DNA of 63,788 nt, the filler included, from Octopus bimaculoides (Eukaryota): NCBI RefSeq assembly GCF_001194135.2. It is 7 parts of 6 records of this genome, joined end to end, with 100 filler letters (N's around TTAATTAATTAA, not from the genome) between each part and the next. Parts side by side here need not be neighbours in the genome. Positions count along the whole stretch, not along the records: positions 1 to 15,654 come from NW_026360546.1; 6 more parts are not named here. One strand, written 5' to 3'. The translations under genes and the position numbers were made by a program. Shown here one piece after another: positions 1 through 14,567 of the stretch. Every line of letters starts with the position of its first letter. Within the stretch, counting starts at the first letter, position 1. The notes beneath the pieces were generated by a model. That model ran no database searches and was not told where the DNA came from. It worked only from the letters and a program-made list of their open reading frames with translations.

Positions 1-87
<87 letters not shown>

Positions 88-88
88 C
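1..88. repeat. Compound microsatellite (TA)n then (GATA)n
   Basis: Direct reading of the sequence. Confidence 0.98.
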
Positions 89-325
89 TAAATGTAGATA
101 ACACATAGTATATATTTTATTTAAAAAACACACTTCTCGCGCACTCACTAGCAGTGGACAAATTAATATTCCCAAAATGCAAAATCTTATCCTATCCAAT
201 CCGTTGCAATACAAACTAAGTCTATTTCAATCTAATCTGAATCTTAACGGATTTCATTATTTAATCGGTTTATATGTATCTTTCGATAAACTGTCACGGA
301 TAACAATGATGTCTTGTTCACTCAC

Positions 326-328
<3 letters not shown>

Positions 329-365
<37 letters not shown>

Positions 366-402
366 CCTCTCTTTCGAAATGCATACATACATACATACAT
401 AC

Positions 403-432
<30 letters not shown>
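329..432. repeat. (CT)n followed by (CATA)n/(TATG)n microsatellites
   Basis: Direct reading; source of several spurious ORFs. Confidence 0.95.
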
Positions 433-433
<1 letters not shown>

Positions 434-894
434 AATGTATGTAAGTTTATGTGTTTCCTTCTCTTGTCGTGAACGCGGTTCCATATATCGCATCGAAGAA
501 TTCCTTTGGCATTATGCATAAACCATCAAGCAATACCGTTGTCAAATACATCACTTCAACACGCCACTTTGAATTCTATACATGGAATATAATTCCTCAT
601 CCCAACCCTACTTTCATTCCTTCTTTCTCCCTCCGTGTTACTCCTCTTCCCTAACTCCTCTCTCTCTTTCTCTCTTTGTCTCTCCCTTTCTCCGTTTTCA
701 CCCTCCCTCAAACCACTGTTTTTCTCTCCTTTTTTTTTTTCATTTTTCCCCCCTCCCTTTCTCAGTCTCATTCTTTCTCCTCTCTTCCCCCCCCGTCTCT
801 CTCTCTCTTTCTCTTTCTCTCTGCATATCAATTATTCTCAAACTCATACACGCAAACGCAAAACCAATAACGAAACCAACAGCGGTAACAATGA

Positions 895-899
895 CAACT

Positions 900-932
<33 letters not shown>

Positions 933-965
933 GCAACGACCAGAGCAACAACAACAACAACAATA
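895..965. repeat. (CAA)n microsatellite
   Basis: Direct reading. Confidence 0.95.
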
Positions 966-1716
966 AAACAAGTTAATCAGACTAATCTAAAATTAAAACC
1001 GAACCGAAACGAGATGATGATATTATAGGGAACGATGGATGAGTAGGGTTACTAAGGGTTATTACGGGTTAGGGGTTAAGGGATTTCAACCATGGCCAGA
1101 GTTCCTTTTCCTTTTTCTTTTTTTTTTCTTTATTTTTTGGGTTTTTTGTTTGTTTGTATTTCACTGATTTTTTTTTTGTTGTTTTTGGCAAATATTCCAC
1201 TTTCCTCCTCACTAATCCAAACCCTCGCCCACCCCTTACGATCTCTGTCTACTCTTTCAACCCACACAAACCTCATCCGCACCTATACTTCTCCCACCAC
1301 ACTCTCTGGTTGGTTCCAGCTGCTCCACCATTCCAAGTGGCATCATGTATTAATGAGACAATCCTTCTTTGTGTTTTGAGCTAAACTCGAAAAAACCCTA
1401 ACGCTAATACAACTTCCATGTACACCACCACAACGACAGCACCAGCACAGCCACATCCGAAGCCACAATCAGGACTACCATTATCCCACAGTCCATCTTG
1501 CCAATCCATACATCCATTCATACATCCATCTATCAAGCCAGCCAGTCAGCCAGCCAGACAAGTCAGTTATCGTGCCCCTTAGATGAAAAAAAAACCAGCC
1601 AATCCCATCCCTAAAAGTTTGGACTGCACTTCCCAGACGTTCTCCCACCCTCCTTTTCCAACTGATTCTGCCTGTGTTCGGCTGTTCCCTAACAATACAC
1701 CGCACGCGCGCACGTA

Positions 1717-1765
<49 letters not shown>

Positions 1766-1854
1766 GCTGGAAATGTAAACAAATAAGAAGTCGTACATAC
1801 ACATACGTGTGCATACACGCCCACAACGATATATATACACTTATACAAATTTAT

Positions 1855-1904
<50 letters not shown>

Positions 1905-1912
1905 TCTTTTGC

Positions 1913-2140
1913 ACGTTTCAGTCATTTGATTGTGGTCATGCTGGAGCACCGCCTTAAAGGGTTTTAGCCGAAGAAATCGACCCCAGGACTTATTCATTGT
2001 AAGCCCGGTACTTATTCTATCAATCTATTTTGCTGAACTGCTAGGTTACGATTAAGTAAACGAGTGCTGGTTGGTGGAACAAACACNNNNNNNNNNTACG
2101 ATTAAGTAAACGAGTGCTGGTTGGTGGAACAAACACAGAC
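1913..2140 (-). mobile_element. SINE family A, 3' half
   Basis: Matches the 3' half of the full copy at 14295-14745 (gtttcagtcatttg..gtcatgctggagcaccgcctt..atcgaccccaggacttatt). Confidence 0.85.
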
Positions 2141-2729
2141 ACAAAGATACACAGACACACACACACACACACACACATGCATGCATACACACACATACAT
2201 ACACACACATGCACACACACACACACACACATGCATACACACACATATAATATATATAACAATTTAGTTAAGTGTTAGAAAAACTTGTTTTTATTAATGA
2301 TGTTAAAACAGCTTTAATCAACGAGATGTGTCATTTGTTTGAATAACATAAAAGTGAATTGAATATATCATTTAATGATTAAAATATTCAATTTATTGTT
2401 TTGGTTTCCTGCCTTCGAAACGGGGAATAGATGGACAGGGACAACTGATGAAGGGGAATATTCTTTATGTTGCATGTCTCGTTTCTCTGGGTTTTTTTTC
2501 GTTGTTCGAAAAAAACTTCGTTTTCTGTTTTCGTCTTTATGTTTTCGTTTCTCATTGTGTTTAACGTTTTTTGTGATGTCCTGTACCCATATATACATGT
2601 ATGTATACATATAGATGTAGGTATGTACATATATGTATGGATATATGGATATATTTATATATTATTTATACTATATGTGTGTGCGTGTGTGTGCGCAGAA
2701 TGAAGTAAATAAGTGCAAGTTACATAGCC

Positions 2730-2777
<48 letters not shown>

Positions 2778-2796
2778 ATCCTTATAATTATTGTTA

Positions 2797-2850
<54 letters not shown>

Positions 2851-3473
2851 TAGAGATGGATAGATAGATAGATAGATAGATAGATAGACAGAGCGATACA
2901 TGCGTGTTATATATGTTCATACGTACATAATACATATATACATGCATATATATACACATATATATATAGATATATATATTCAATACGTATATATATATAT
3001 ATATGTGTGTGAATGTATGTATAAAAGTATGTATATATATAAATATATGTATATATATATATTTATATCTCCATACATGTGTGTATTTGCAGTAAAGAGG
3101 TGCAAGTTACCTATATATATCTTTATACGTGTATTTGCATGCATATAAATAAGTTGTATTATATATGTGTATGTGTGTGCGTGTGTGTGTATGCATATAT
3201 ATGTAAATGTCTGTATGTGTACTTATATATGTATATATATATATATATACACGCACACACACACGCTTACATACACACAATTGCCTGAGAAAGGAGTGAT
3301 ATTGAATTGAATTATCTGGTTAATTCTGCAATTTCACCGACCACTAGTCTCTTCTGCAATGAAAGATTAACATGGCTGCGTTTATGGCCGCGCATGTCTA
3401 ATCCAATACATGGCTTCACAATCAAACCGAAAACGACAACCGCACATTTCATCTGACTTAGAGATACGACATC

Positions 3474-3474
3474 T

Positions 3475-3526
<52 letters not shown>

Positions 3527-3539
3527 GTATCTGTCTGTA

Positions 3540-3587
<48 letters not shown>

Positions 3588-3605
3588 CATCTGTCTGTCT
3601 ATCCA

Positions 3606-3636
<31 letters not shown>

Positions 3637-3660
3637 ATCTATCTATTTATCCATGTATCT
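3474..3660. repeat. (TATC)n grading into (TGTC)n microsatellite
   Basis: Direct reading; similar tracts at 4598-4730 and 5294-5520. Confidence 0.95.
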
Positions 3661-4298
3661 ATGTATCCAAGAAACACCACCATCGACAAAGGCAACAGGG
3701 GAACGAGGTACCTTGTACTTAGTTACTCGGTTTGATAGAAATAACAGCCAAATTTCTCTCAAAAGTGTGATGGTTACTTTTAGGACACCTTTGTGCTTGA
3801 TCAGAACCGAGCTGAGACTAAAACAAAAGTAAAAACGGTATCATCAATAACAACAAAAGCAACAACAGGAAACAATAAATAAGCCTCTACGAAGTGCTTG
3901 ACTCAGTAGCTCAATCTCCCTTATAGTACCCACCGCCATCTTAGAAAAAGGTCAGACTGGTTAAAGGGTTCCTATGAAGAAAGTGACAATCACTGTTGTA
4001 AAGCCTTTGATTATAGATATAATCGATTAGTGCTGACCTGGGGCTAAAGAACAGAAGATGCAGCAACAACAGCGATAACAAAACAACGAAAAAAAAAAAA
4101 CTGCGTACGACCTTCTGGAAATAGCAGCGAAATATCGCGCAAATCACACCCAAAATAATTTACAAAGGAAGTATTCATTGAACGAAGGAAATCATACATT
4201 TCCAGATATACTGGCTCCGCAGAAAGTAGATACGCTGGCCATACCTGTAATGTCCAACACCATAGGTCAGCCCTATTAAAGATGGCTTTGGATTAAAG

Positions 4299-4573
4299 CA
4301 GGGGTTTTCAAACTGTGGTCCGCGGACCACAGGGTGTCCGTGGACAGCAAATACTTTTTATGGGCAATTTGATTTTATGTATGTTTTTTAATCGAAATCT
4401 TTTAATTGACAATAAACCTATTTGTTAAATACTGTTAAATAAATAAATGTAAAAATATATGTTATTTTAAGCAAATATTTATGTATAAATTTCATAAGCG
4501 TTTATAAGGGGGTCCCTAAGGTAAAGCCTGAAATATAAAGGGGTCCGCAAATCAAAAAGTTTGAAAACCCCTG
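4299..4573. mobile_element. hAT (Charlie-like) MITE, 275 bp
   Basis: Perfect 16-bp TIR CAGGGGTTTTCAAACT/AGTTTGAAAACCCCTG; exact 8-bp TSD GATTAAAG at 4291-4298 and 4574-4581. An 8-bp TSD with CAG termini is typical of hAT. Confidence 0.92.
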
Positions 4574-4611
4574 GATTAAAGAACATGATACACCATTTAT
4601 CTATCTATCTA

Positions 4612-4670
<59 letters not shown>

Positions 4671-5073
4671 GTCTATCTATCTATTTGTGTGTTTGTCTGT
4701 CTATTTATCTGTCTGTTTGCTTGTTTATCTGTCGGCTTCTCCACAATGACTACCATCCACGTCTATTCTAAGCGCTCTCCTTCATTCATACATTTATTCA
4801 TTTTTTTTTCTTTCTTTCTTTACTTATTTATGTCTTTCTTTTTCTTATTCTTTTCTTTTCTTCCTTCAGCCTTCTCACTTTATCCTTTCTTTCGTGTATC
4901 ATTTCACATTCAACCATATCTCACTCTCATATACTACTTCATATAGTTCATTGCTCCAGCATGACCGTGGTAGTCATGGCAAAAACGAACGAAAGGACTA
5001 TTAATGTATTCCACATCCGGTCGTCTACTTTCACTTTCCATTATTGCCTTCAGTCATTTCTGCATTTTAACAT

Positions 5074-5104
<31 letters not shown>

Positions 5105-5304
5105 TTCATTCATTCATTTATTCATTCAGTCATTTATTTATTTCTTTGTTAATCCATCTTCAATTCCTTAATATAATGCAGCTATCGGCGTAAGAGACAC
5201 ATTTATGTGAATATCTGGCAACGAAACCTTTATAGATTAGCGCGAATGTCAAAAACTAATATATATGTATTAATCCACTAGTCAGCTCTTCCGATCTATC
5301 TATC

Positions 5305-5380
<76 letters not shown>

Positions 5381-5629
5381 CATCTGTCTATCTATTTACT
5401 TCTCTGTGTATTTGTTTGTCTATCTATATTTGTCTGTCTATGTGACTGTCTCTCTGCTTATCTATCTGTCTATCTAACTATTTATCTATCTATCTATCTA
5501 TCTATCTATCTGTTTGTTTGTCGAATCGGTCTGCCTGTCTGTCTGTCTGCATGCCTGTCTCTGCTTATCTGTCTGACTATCAGTCTAAGTTTTCACTACT
5601 CATATATATTATATGTATTTTTATATCTA

Positions 5630-5664
<35 letters not shown>

Positions 5665-5736
5665 GAAACATACATATTTGTGAGTGNNNNNNNNNNNNNN
5701 NNNNNNNNNNNNNNNNNNNNNNNNNNNNNNNNNNNN

Positions 5737-5778
<42 letters not shown>

Positions 5779-7380
5779 TGGAAATGTATATGCATATATA
5801 TGTGTGTGAGTGTGTGCAGCAATTTGAGTGGCATGGATAAACCATTATATATCGTTGAAAGTTTGATAAACTGCATAAATACAGAAATATATCAGAAGCA
5901 GGTGACAATCATCCAGCGGCGGTGCTAGCGTGGCTTATTACGTCTTCCTACCTTTCCGGGCTTCGTCAGTAGCAAGTATCCAATGGCAACCGCATTCTAA
6001 GACAATATCAACAGCTACTGATATAATAAACCAAAAACTGAAAAAAAAAAAGTGACTGATGTCGCAATTAGCTGGTAAGCTGAATAAAAATTCGTTATGT
6101 GCAACAGAGGCAGAAGTAGTTTCAAATTGCTATTAAAATGCAAAGTTGGTATATTATATGGCAATCCAACCACAAATCATTCCCTTCAGCATTTGACGGT
6201 TTTCCTAAAATAGAGAATGGAACTATCCCCGCCCTCAGTAAATTTACTGAAGCATTTCCATCTCTACTTAGTATAATAGCTCCACATGCGTTCATAAATC
6301 CACCTAACAGCCCCATAGGCTATCACAAACCACCAGCGTGGCCATTCAGAAAAGACGTCTGTTCTCCAAGAGCTTCTGATGTTGGTTCGCCCCCAACTGG
6401 CGAGTCATCTGCATATTAATTGGATTATTCTTCCTCCAGCTCATACATCAAATAATATATATATAACAAACGAGATTAAAAAATAATAAGAAGAAACGAA
6501 AGGCTTAATAAAAGAATTAAATGTAGGTGAAAAGACGAAGGTGTGAAGTAGCAAAGTTGATGTCATTCAGAAGTCACTAGAACTTTCTGTCACTGAATTA
6601 TAAATGCATGGTCCTGGTCATTGATCGACGAGTTGGCATGTGAACAAAAGTCGGAGAAGAATCGAACGAATTTTTGTGGCGCGGGAAAAAATAAAGGGCG
6701 GGTTGGTGAATTGCACTTTCTATGGAGAAAGACGAAAAGATCTCTCTGCCACTCACTCATTCTCTACCCCGATACATATNNNNNNNNNNNNNNNNNNNNN
6801 NNNNNNNNNNNNNNNNNNNNNNNNNNNNNNNNNNNNNNNNNNNNNNNNNNNNNNNNNNNNNNNNNNNNNNNNNNNNNNNNNNNNNNNNNNNNNNNNNNNN
6901 NNNNNNNNNNNNNNNNNNNNNNNNNNNNNNNNNNNNNNNNNNNNNNNNNNNNNNNNNNNNNNNNNNNNNNNNNNNNNNNNNNNNNNNNNNNNNNNNNNNN
7001 NNNNNNNNNNNNNNNNNNNNNNNNNNNNNNNNNNNNNNNNNNNNNNNNNNNNNNNNNNNNNNNNNNNNNNNNNNNNNNNNNNNNNNNNNNNNNNNNNNNN
7101 NNNNNNNNNNNNNNNNNNNNNNNNNNNNNNNNNNNNNNNNNNNNNNNNNNNNNNNNNNNNNNNNNNNNNNNNNNNNNNNNNNNNNNNNNNNNNNNNNNNN
7201 NNNNNNNNNNNNNNNNNNNNNNNNNNNNNNNNNNNNNNNNNNNNNNNNNNNNNNNNNNNNNNNNNNNNNNNNNNNNNNNNNNNNNNNNNNNNNNNNNNNN
7301 NNNNNNNNNNNNNNNNNNNNNNNNNNNNNNNNNNNNNNNNNNNNNNNNNNNNNNNNNNNNNNNNNNNNNNNNNNNNNNNN

Positions 7381-7494
<114 letters not shown>

Positions 7495-8438
7495 TTGTCT
7501 CTCTTTATGTACACACACTCGCACACACACATATGTACGTGTAACATTGATACAAAATATACATATATACATACATACAGACGTACGTACGTACATATAT
7601 ACGTACAGTAAGCACATACATACATATATAAAGTTAGGTAAAATGTTTCTTATAAAAGAGTGTGAAAGATAGTCTGTTTAAAATGACAGCCATCTCCAGA
7701 AATAATACACGCCGAAGCTAGCGTTTCGTTCGTCATAGATAAGTAGGCATTTCATACACAATGTATACATACACACACAGAGCTACATACACACATGCAC
7801 ACATACACACATATACAAAACGTAAGCACATGCAGGCAGATCTTTGAATCTATCTTGGAGCTGAAAAGCTAAAAGACGCCAAGAAAATAGCAAGTGCGTG
7901 CGATTTTACCCCCGGCGGGGCAGGCACATTGTCGCTCAATGCATCATTAATTTTTTTGCAAGATTTCGCATCTACCTGCGAACTGAAGAGAGAGAAAGAG
8001 AAAGAGAAAGAAAAGAAAAAAAATATAGTGAAGGGAAGTCAAAGCAGAATAATTCAAACAAAACCAACAAAGCAATATATAAATAAATATATAAATAAAT
8101 GAATTCTAACCAGTCAGCAACGCTGTTGATATGGTGATAGCCTGCCATGTTATGGGGACGATGGCTGGATTCGTTGCCTGTTCGGCTCTCAAGCGCCTTC
8201 TTACTTTACCCAAACTGCCGGCCCATCCGACACAACTTTTTATTTATTTATTTATTTATTTAGGGTGGCCAGCGCGTCTGTTGTCCGTATTGTGGAAATG
8301 TCTTTTGGTAAACATAGTAAGAGAGAGAGGGAGAGAGAGATAGAGAGAGAGAGAGAATGTAATAGAAGTGAGTGGGTATGTCTCCAATGTAGAAAACGCG
8401 ACCAAGATGGGGATGTAGCAGAGAAATCGTTTGTTATT

Positions 8439-8440
<2 letters not shown>

Positions 8441-8518
<78 letters not shown>

Positions 8519-8530
8519 CATTATCATCAT
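8441..8530. repeat. (ATT)n microsatellite
   Basis: Direct reading. Confidence 0.97.
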
Positions 8531-8878
8531 CGACATCATCGTTATAATTATAAGTGTTGCTATTGTATGTGGTTGTGTTGAGGATGAGGGCAGCGGCGGC
8601 GGAAGTGGTGGTGGTGGTGGTGGTGGNNNNNNNNNNNNNNNNNNNNNNNNNNNNNNNNNNNNNNNNNNNNNNNNNNNNNNNNNNNNNNNNNNNNNNNNNN
8701 NNNNNNNNNNNNNNNNNNNNNNNNNNNNNNNNNNNNNNNNNNNNNNNNNNNNNNNNNNNNNNNNNNNNNNNNNNNNNNNNNNNNNNNNNNNTTCCACTTT
8801 GATTCTGGATTTTATTTTCCATTTAATTTTACTGTTTCTATACCTCAAACTATAACTTCTGGCTTTACACACACACAC

Positions 8879-8933
<55 letters not shown>

Positions 8934-9364
8934 CACGCACACTCATGCACGCACACTCACACGCACGCACTCATACACAAATACACTAATCCATTCACAC
9001 GCACACATATGTGTATGTAGAGAAATATATGTGTGCGTATGTGTATGTATTTTAATATATAAATTATAAATAGACATGCTTGTGTGTATCTACGTATAAA
9101 TATAAAGAGATTAACGATTAAAAAAAACCTTTGCTTCACTTCCACAGATTAGAAAACTGAAATCAATTTGATTCTGACTTGAGCGCTTTTAGAAGACAGG
9201 TTGACCACCTGCTTAAGACAATATTAGTCCGATTAGATTCAAGCCTATCCGTTTCAGTAAACTCTGTCTCGGTCGCTTAATATCTAATACCACATGGACG
9301 ACAGCTATGTTTCGGTTGAATTGTGACAAACTAACTAACTAACTAACTAAACTAACTAACTAAC

Positions 9365-9396
<32 letters not shown>

Positions 9397-10222
9397 TCAA
9401 GAGTAATCATAAATATTAGAAATTTCGTACTACCAGTGGCCTAGCGTGTAAAAATTTAGTCAATAGACGATATATTATTCATATAAATACAGTGTACATT
9501 TAAACACAGAAGAGGCATCCATCTAGACTTCGCCTAGCGAATTATTTTATTTGCTAAAATAAGTCTGAAACCATTGGTCCAGGAGTTATATGGTAAATGT
9601 TGNNNNNNNNNNNNNNNNNNNNNNNNNNNNNNNNNNNNNNNNNNNNNNNNNNNNNNNNNNNNNNNNNNNNNNNNNNNNNNNNNNNNNNNNNNNNNNNNNN
9701 NNNNNNNNNNNNNNNNNNNNNNNNNNNNNNNNNNNNNNNNNNNNNNNNNNNNNNNNNNNNNNNNNNNNNNNNNNNNNNNNNNNNNNNNNNNNNNGCAAAA
9801 CGGACGCGTGCGTTCGATGATTTAATAATACAAAGAATATATATGCATGTATACACACATACATGTACATACTTACATCTACATGTGTATATAGATGCAT
9901 ATCAGGGTACTGGACGTTAAAACAATGAACTTCAGACCACGGAACGAACACATAGGAAAACAGATAGCCACTTGGAATTAATCCTTCGTCAGCTGCCTCT
10001 ATTCTAACTAGACGCTTTGAAGATAAGGCATACATACATACATACATACATACATACATACATACATACAAACTGGGTTTCTTTGTGAGTATGAATAAAG
10101 GAGATGCGACACTCATGCCTTTGCCAAACAAAATGTATAATTTTATCGGTTTCACACATGTATTTACGTTTGTGTGTATGTCTGTGTATAAAATGAATTG
10201 TCTGTTGTTATAGTAATGATTT

Positions 10223-10352
10223 TAAATTTCGGCACAAGGCCTGCAATTTCGGGGTCGGGGGAGATAAGTCGATTACATCGTCCACAGTGTTCGACTGGTA
10301 CTTATTCTAATCGACCCCGAAAGGATGAAAGGCAAAGTCGACCTCGGCTGAA
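10223..10352 (-). mobile_element. SINE family B, 3' part
   Basis: Shares ggcacaaggcc..gtcgattacatcg..tcgaccccgaaaggatgaaaggcaaagtcgacctcgg with 12797-13008. Confidence 0.85.
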
Positions 10353-10509
10353 TTATCTGTTCTCATAATATTGGGTACTTGATAATTGTATTGGAAAATA
10401 TTTTACTTGTTATACATTATACATACTTATTATATATTATACGTTATACTTGCATTATATGATACAACAACAGTATATGTGTGTGCTTGTGTATGTAATT
10501 ATGTATGTT

Positions 10510-10567
<58 letters not shown>

Positions 10568-12025
10568 TGTGTGTCAGTGTACACATACACATATATCTAT
10601 GCTTGTGTACTTACATTCATAGGCATTACATATTGAGTACAATCTAACACAATTCGACATTAAAACTCTCTCTCTCTCTCTCTTTCTTTCTCTGATATAC
10701 ACATACTCACTCACACACGCACACAAATGCACACACACGCGCACACACCACATAAACATGGTCTATAAAAACTATTAAATAGTCCAATATTTATGAGAAC
10801 AATAAGATATTATGAGGTCAGTCAGTGCTCCTTAATTCACAAGTTTGACACGATAAGCAGAACACAGTGGGGGTGTTTGATAGTAGAAATATAGGTTTGG
10901 TGGTTAAATTAAATATACAAACAACAAACACCGCATGTAATATTATTAATGGTTCACAGCAGCAATAATATGCCATTGCCTTTATGATTTCAGACCGTAG
11001 GACCCAAGTTAATGCGTCATAGGTTCATACGTTGATGGCTCCCTTTCATGTATACCCTACACGCACAGAGGCACACACATATATTCATATATATATATAT
11101 ATATTTATACATGCATACAAGCCAGTGTGTGTATGTGTGTTAATACATATACAGAAACTCAAACATATTTGTGACGTCATAAGAATTTATATCTTTTAGA
11201 GAGAGCTTGGAATAATTCTTTTTTTGGAAACATTAGACCTTGAAGCACGTGAGGCTATAAATAATAGATGTGGGTTCGTGTCCTACGCCCGGCGTTCAAC
11301 TTTTTCCATCGAAAAGAGTTTCACAATTTAATATTTATATGCTATTAGTTGCTAATAATTATATGCTATTATTTATAGCTGTATGTGCTTCGAGAGTCAC
11401 TGTTATGTGTGTGTGTGTGCGAGTCTTATGTGTGTATGTGTGTGTACTATTATCCTATCTCTATTCTTTCTATCTATCTCCCTCCTTTGTTCTTCCTTCC
11501 TGTTTTTCTCTCCTACTATTTCCCTATTCTTCTTTTCTCCCCTTCACCGTTCCACCCCCTCTTTCTCTCTCTCGTTCTCACTCTTCCTCCTTGATTCTCT
11601 CGCTGCTCACACGTGACCAACGGCTATCTATCTTTCTTTCTTCCACTTCCTTCCTAAAAACAAGACATGCTTTTACCTGTCTCTTCTCAAAGCTTGTTTT
11701 CCAAGCGTTCACCACTTCACATCGTCTTGGCTTAACAGCCCTCACCATTTGTTTTTACTGTTTTGTTCTTAGTGTCCTGTTTTTGTTACCACTTTAACCC
11801 TCCGCAAAAAATCCCAAATTTCATCTAATTTGCTTTGCGGGAAGGACTATTTAAACGAAGTCGCGTCTTGTCCCAACCTTCGATAAAGAGAGCGGGATAT
11901 TCTATTACTCAAAATAACCACATGCTTGGAGGATCAAGGGAAGTTTGGAGTTGGCACCACGGAAATGGTAAATGGTATACGGCACAAAAAAAATCACTTT
12001 AAACTTGATAAAATCTGAAGCGGTA

Positions 12026-12100
12026 AGGCGGCGAGCTGGCAGAAACATTATCGCGCCAGGCGAAATACTTAATGGTATTTCATCCGTCGCTACGTTCTGA
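12026..12100 (+). mobile_element. SINE family B, tRNA-like head only
   Basis: aaggcggcgagctggcagaaac..ggtatttc..ctacgttctga matches the family B 5' end. Confidence 0.75.
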
Positions 12101-12631
12101 ATTGCTTGGTATAGCAACCAAATCGTGCTGAATATATACAATCTGGACAAGAGAAAAACGACCTATTGTAACATATTAATCTTAAGGCAGTCATAGAGCA
12201 GTATAACTGATCAGGCGCTGCATTTGATCAGCATATGAAAGTATGTTTATCTTGTATTAGTTATTGCACTTCATTTGATTAACTATCTGTTTGCCATAAA
12301 TCTACACAGCAAATAAATCGCCTTTGAACATAACCCGGATAGAGGATCTGACGGAGCAGTCTTTGACTACTTCTACACAATAACACATACACTCCTTAAC
12401 ACTGTTTACTACTGGGCACAACATTGTCCCTCAATCATGGCATATCTGGAATACCAAACTTGTAAGGCGTTACTAAGAGTTTAATAGGTTACCAGGTTGC
12501 TACAGATCCGTTCCAGATATAATTTGAATGAGTGTTACTCGACAGCAGTGAATTGTGTGTAATGCACTAAAAATAGAGTTAAACAGTCGAATTCAAAGTA
12601 ATATACAAATAATATACGAGTATTTCTAAAC

Positions 12632-12745
12632 CGGCGCACTGGCAGAAACGTTAGCACGGCTGTTGAAATGCTTAACGGTATTTCGTCTGTCTTTACTTTC
12701 TGAGATCAAATTCCTCCGAGGTAGACTTTGCGTTTTATCCTTTTT
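12632..12745 (+). mobile_element. SINE family B, 5' half
   Basis: ctggcagaaacgttagcacg..gagatcaaattcctccgaggtagactttgc; inverted relative to 12797-13008. Confidence 0.82.
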
Positions 12746-12796
12746 TATAAAAGCAATCTATAGGAATATGTTACCAGACTTGAAAAATAAGTATTC

Positions 12797-13008
12797 TTTT
12801 CAACTCTAGGCACAAGGCCTAAAAATTTTGTGGAGGAGGCTAGTTGATTGCATCGACCCAGTACGCAACTGGTACTTAATTTATCGACCCCGAAAGGATG
12901 AAATGCTATGTAAAGCTCGGCGGAATTTGAACTCAGAACGTAAAAATAAACGAAATACCGCGAAGCATTTCACCCGGCGTGCTAACGATTCTGCCAGCTC
13001 GCCGCCTT
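12797..13008 (-). mobile_element. SINE family B, near full length
   Basis: Minus strand begins aaggcggcgagctggcagaatcg, has B-box-like gagttcaaattcc and core catcctttcggggtcgataaattaagtaccag; 15 or more related copies in the window. Confidence 0.9.
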
Positions 13009-13034
13009 ATAATTGTTACTAATAATAAAATATT

Positions 13035-13250
13035 CTTTTCTTTTCTAAGCACAAGGCCCGACATTTTGGTGGGAAGGGGGCCAGGCGTTTAGATCGACGC
13101 CAGTACGCAACTGGTACTTAATTTATCGACCCNNNNNNNNNNTTAATTTATCGACCCCGAAAGGATGAAAGGCAAATTCGACGGAATTTGAACTCAGAAC
13201 GTAGCGACGCACAAAATACCACTAAGCATTTCGTCCGGCACACTAACGAT
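13035..13250 (-). mobile_element. SINE family B copy (contains a 10-N gap)
   Basis: Same core as 12797-13008. Confidence 0.85.
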
Positions 13251-13428
13251 TCTTTATTTCTTTATTGCCCACAAGGGGCTAAACATAAAGGGGACAAACG
13301 AGGACAGACAAAGTGATTAAGTCGATTACATCGACTCCAGTGCGTAACTGGTACTTAACTTATCGAGCCCGAAAGGATGAAAGGCAAAGTTGACCTCGGC
13401 GGAATTTGAACTCAGAGCGTAGCGTTTG
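13251..13428 (-). mobile_element. SINE family B copy with a different 3' tail
   Basis: Same core; tail gcccacaaggggctaaacat..ggacagacaaag differs. Confidence 0.8.
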
Positions 13429-13433
13429 CTTGG

Positions 13434-13580
13434 ATCCCCGTAACTTAGCAGTTCAGCTAAAAAGACCGATAGAAAAGTACCGAACTTAAAGATAATTACT
13501 GGAGCCGAGTTGTTCAACTAAACCCTTCAAAGCACTGCTCCAGCATGACCGCAATTCAATAACTGAAACAAGGAAAAGAT
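13434..13580 (+). mobile_element. SINE family A, 3' part
   Basis: tccccgtaacttagcagttc..gaccgatagaa..ctccagcatgaccgc..actgaaacaa. Confidence 0.8.
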
Positions 13581-14164
13581 AAGCAAACGTACAGGAGTAG
13601 ATTCAATCGATCAACATCCATCGCCCCCATAAAATTACTCGCCGTGTATCAATGTAAGGATTCTCTTAATAGGTTACATATTTTTTACAGTCAGTTACAT
13701 CCAGTTAAACTATTCCTATACAAACTGCAATCAGGTAGGCGTGGCTTAGAAAAGCAGTCAGTCAGGCTTACGAGATAAAGGTTTTCCTGTGAAGGTTAAG
13801 CTAGCAGCTTTCATGGTGGTATTGTAGTGTTTGTCCGAGGGAGGTGTTCCACTGTATTGTTGTTGTATTGTCCCAGATCTGTGATGGAAGGCACTCCAGC
13901 CATGACCACCCTATCTTGTTTTTCTTTTTCTTCAAATATGTAAGAACATAGGTCAAATGTAACCTTTCTTTTTTTTTTTTTGTAAGGGAGCATAGGAGTA
14001 ACTAACTGGAGATTTGACTTCTGTTTCTAGTAAAATGAGTAATTACACAAAGTCTCTCTTATTGGCTCATCCTTGCCTTACAACTCCCACCCCCACCCAT
14101 TAAGTATAAAGTCGAAAATAGTTTAAAGATAATTCTAAGGTGGCGGTGAGTGTAATAATAATAA

Positions 14165-14273
14165 TAAAAGCAAAGTCGACTTTGGCGAAAGTCGAACTCA
14201 GTATGTAGCGACGAGCGAAATGCCGGTAAGCATTGTCGTCCGGCTTGCTAACGATTCAGCCAATTCGCCAATA
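14165..14273 (-). mobile_element. SINE family B, 5' half
   Basis: gcaaagtcgac..gaactcag..gctaacgattc..tcgcc. Confidence 0.75.
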
Positions 14274-14294
14274 AGACATGCGATGTCCGTTCGT

Positions 14295-14532
14295 TTACTC
14301 TTTACTTTTTTACTCTTTTACTTGTTTCAGTAATTTGACGGCGGCCATGCTGGAGCACAGACCTTTAGTCGAGCAAATCGACCCCAGGACTTATTTATTC
14401 TTTGTAAGCCTAATACTTATTTTATCGGTCTCTTTTGCCGAACCGCTAATTGACGGGGACGTAAACACACCAGCATCGGTTGTCATGCGATGTTGGGGGG
14501 ACAAACACACACACACAAACACACACACACAA

Positions 14533-14567
<35 letters not shown>

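Noticed and set aside
2400-2500. Hammerhead at CTGATGA-agggga-ata-ttcttt
   Set aside because: No GAAA follows helix II, and the upstream GAAA gives no helix III or correct helix II register; probably a dispersed repeat relic.
6122-6440. 93-aa plus-strand ORF and a minus-strand YADD motif suggesting a reverse transcriptase or Tc1 fragment
   Set aside because: YADD is directly preceded by stops, flanking RT motifs are absent, and Tc1-like words are in the wrong spacing.
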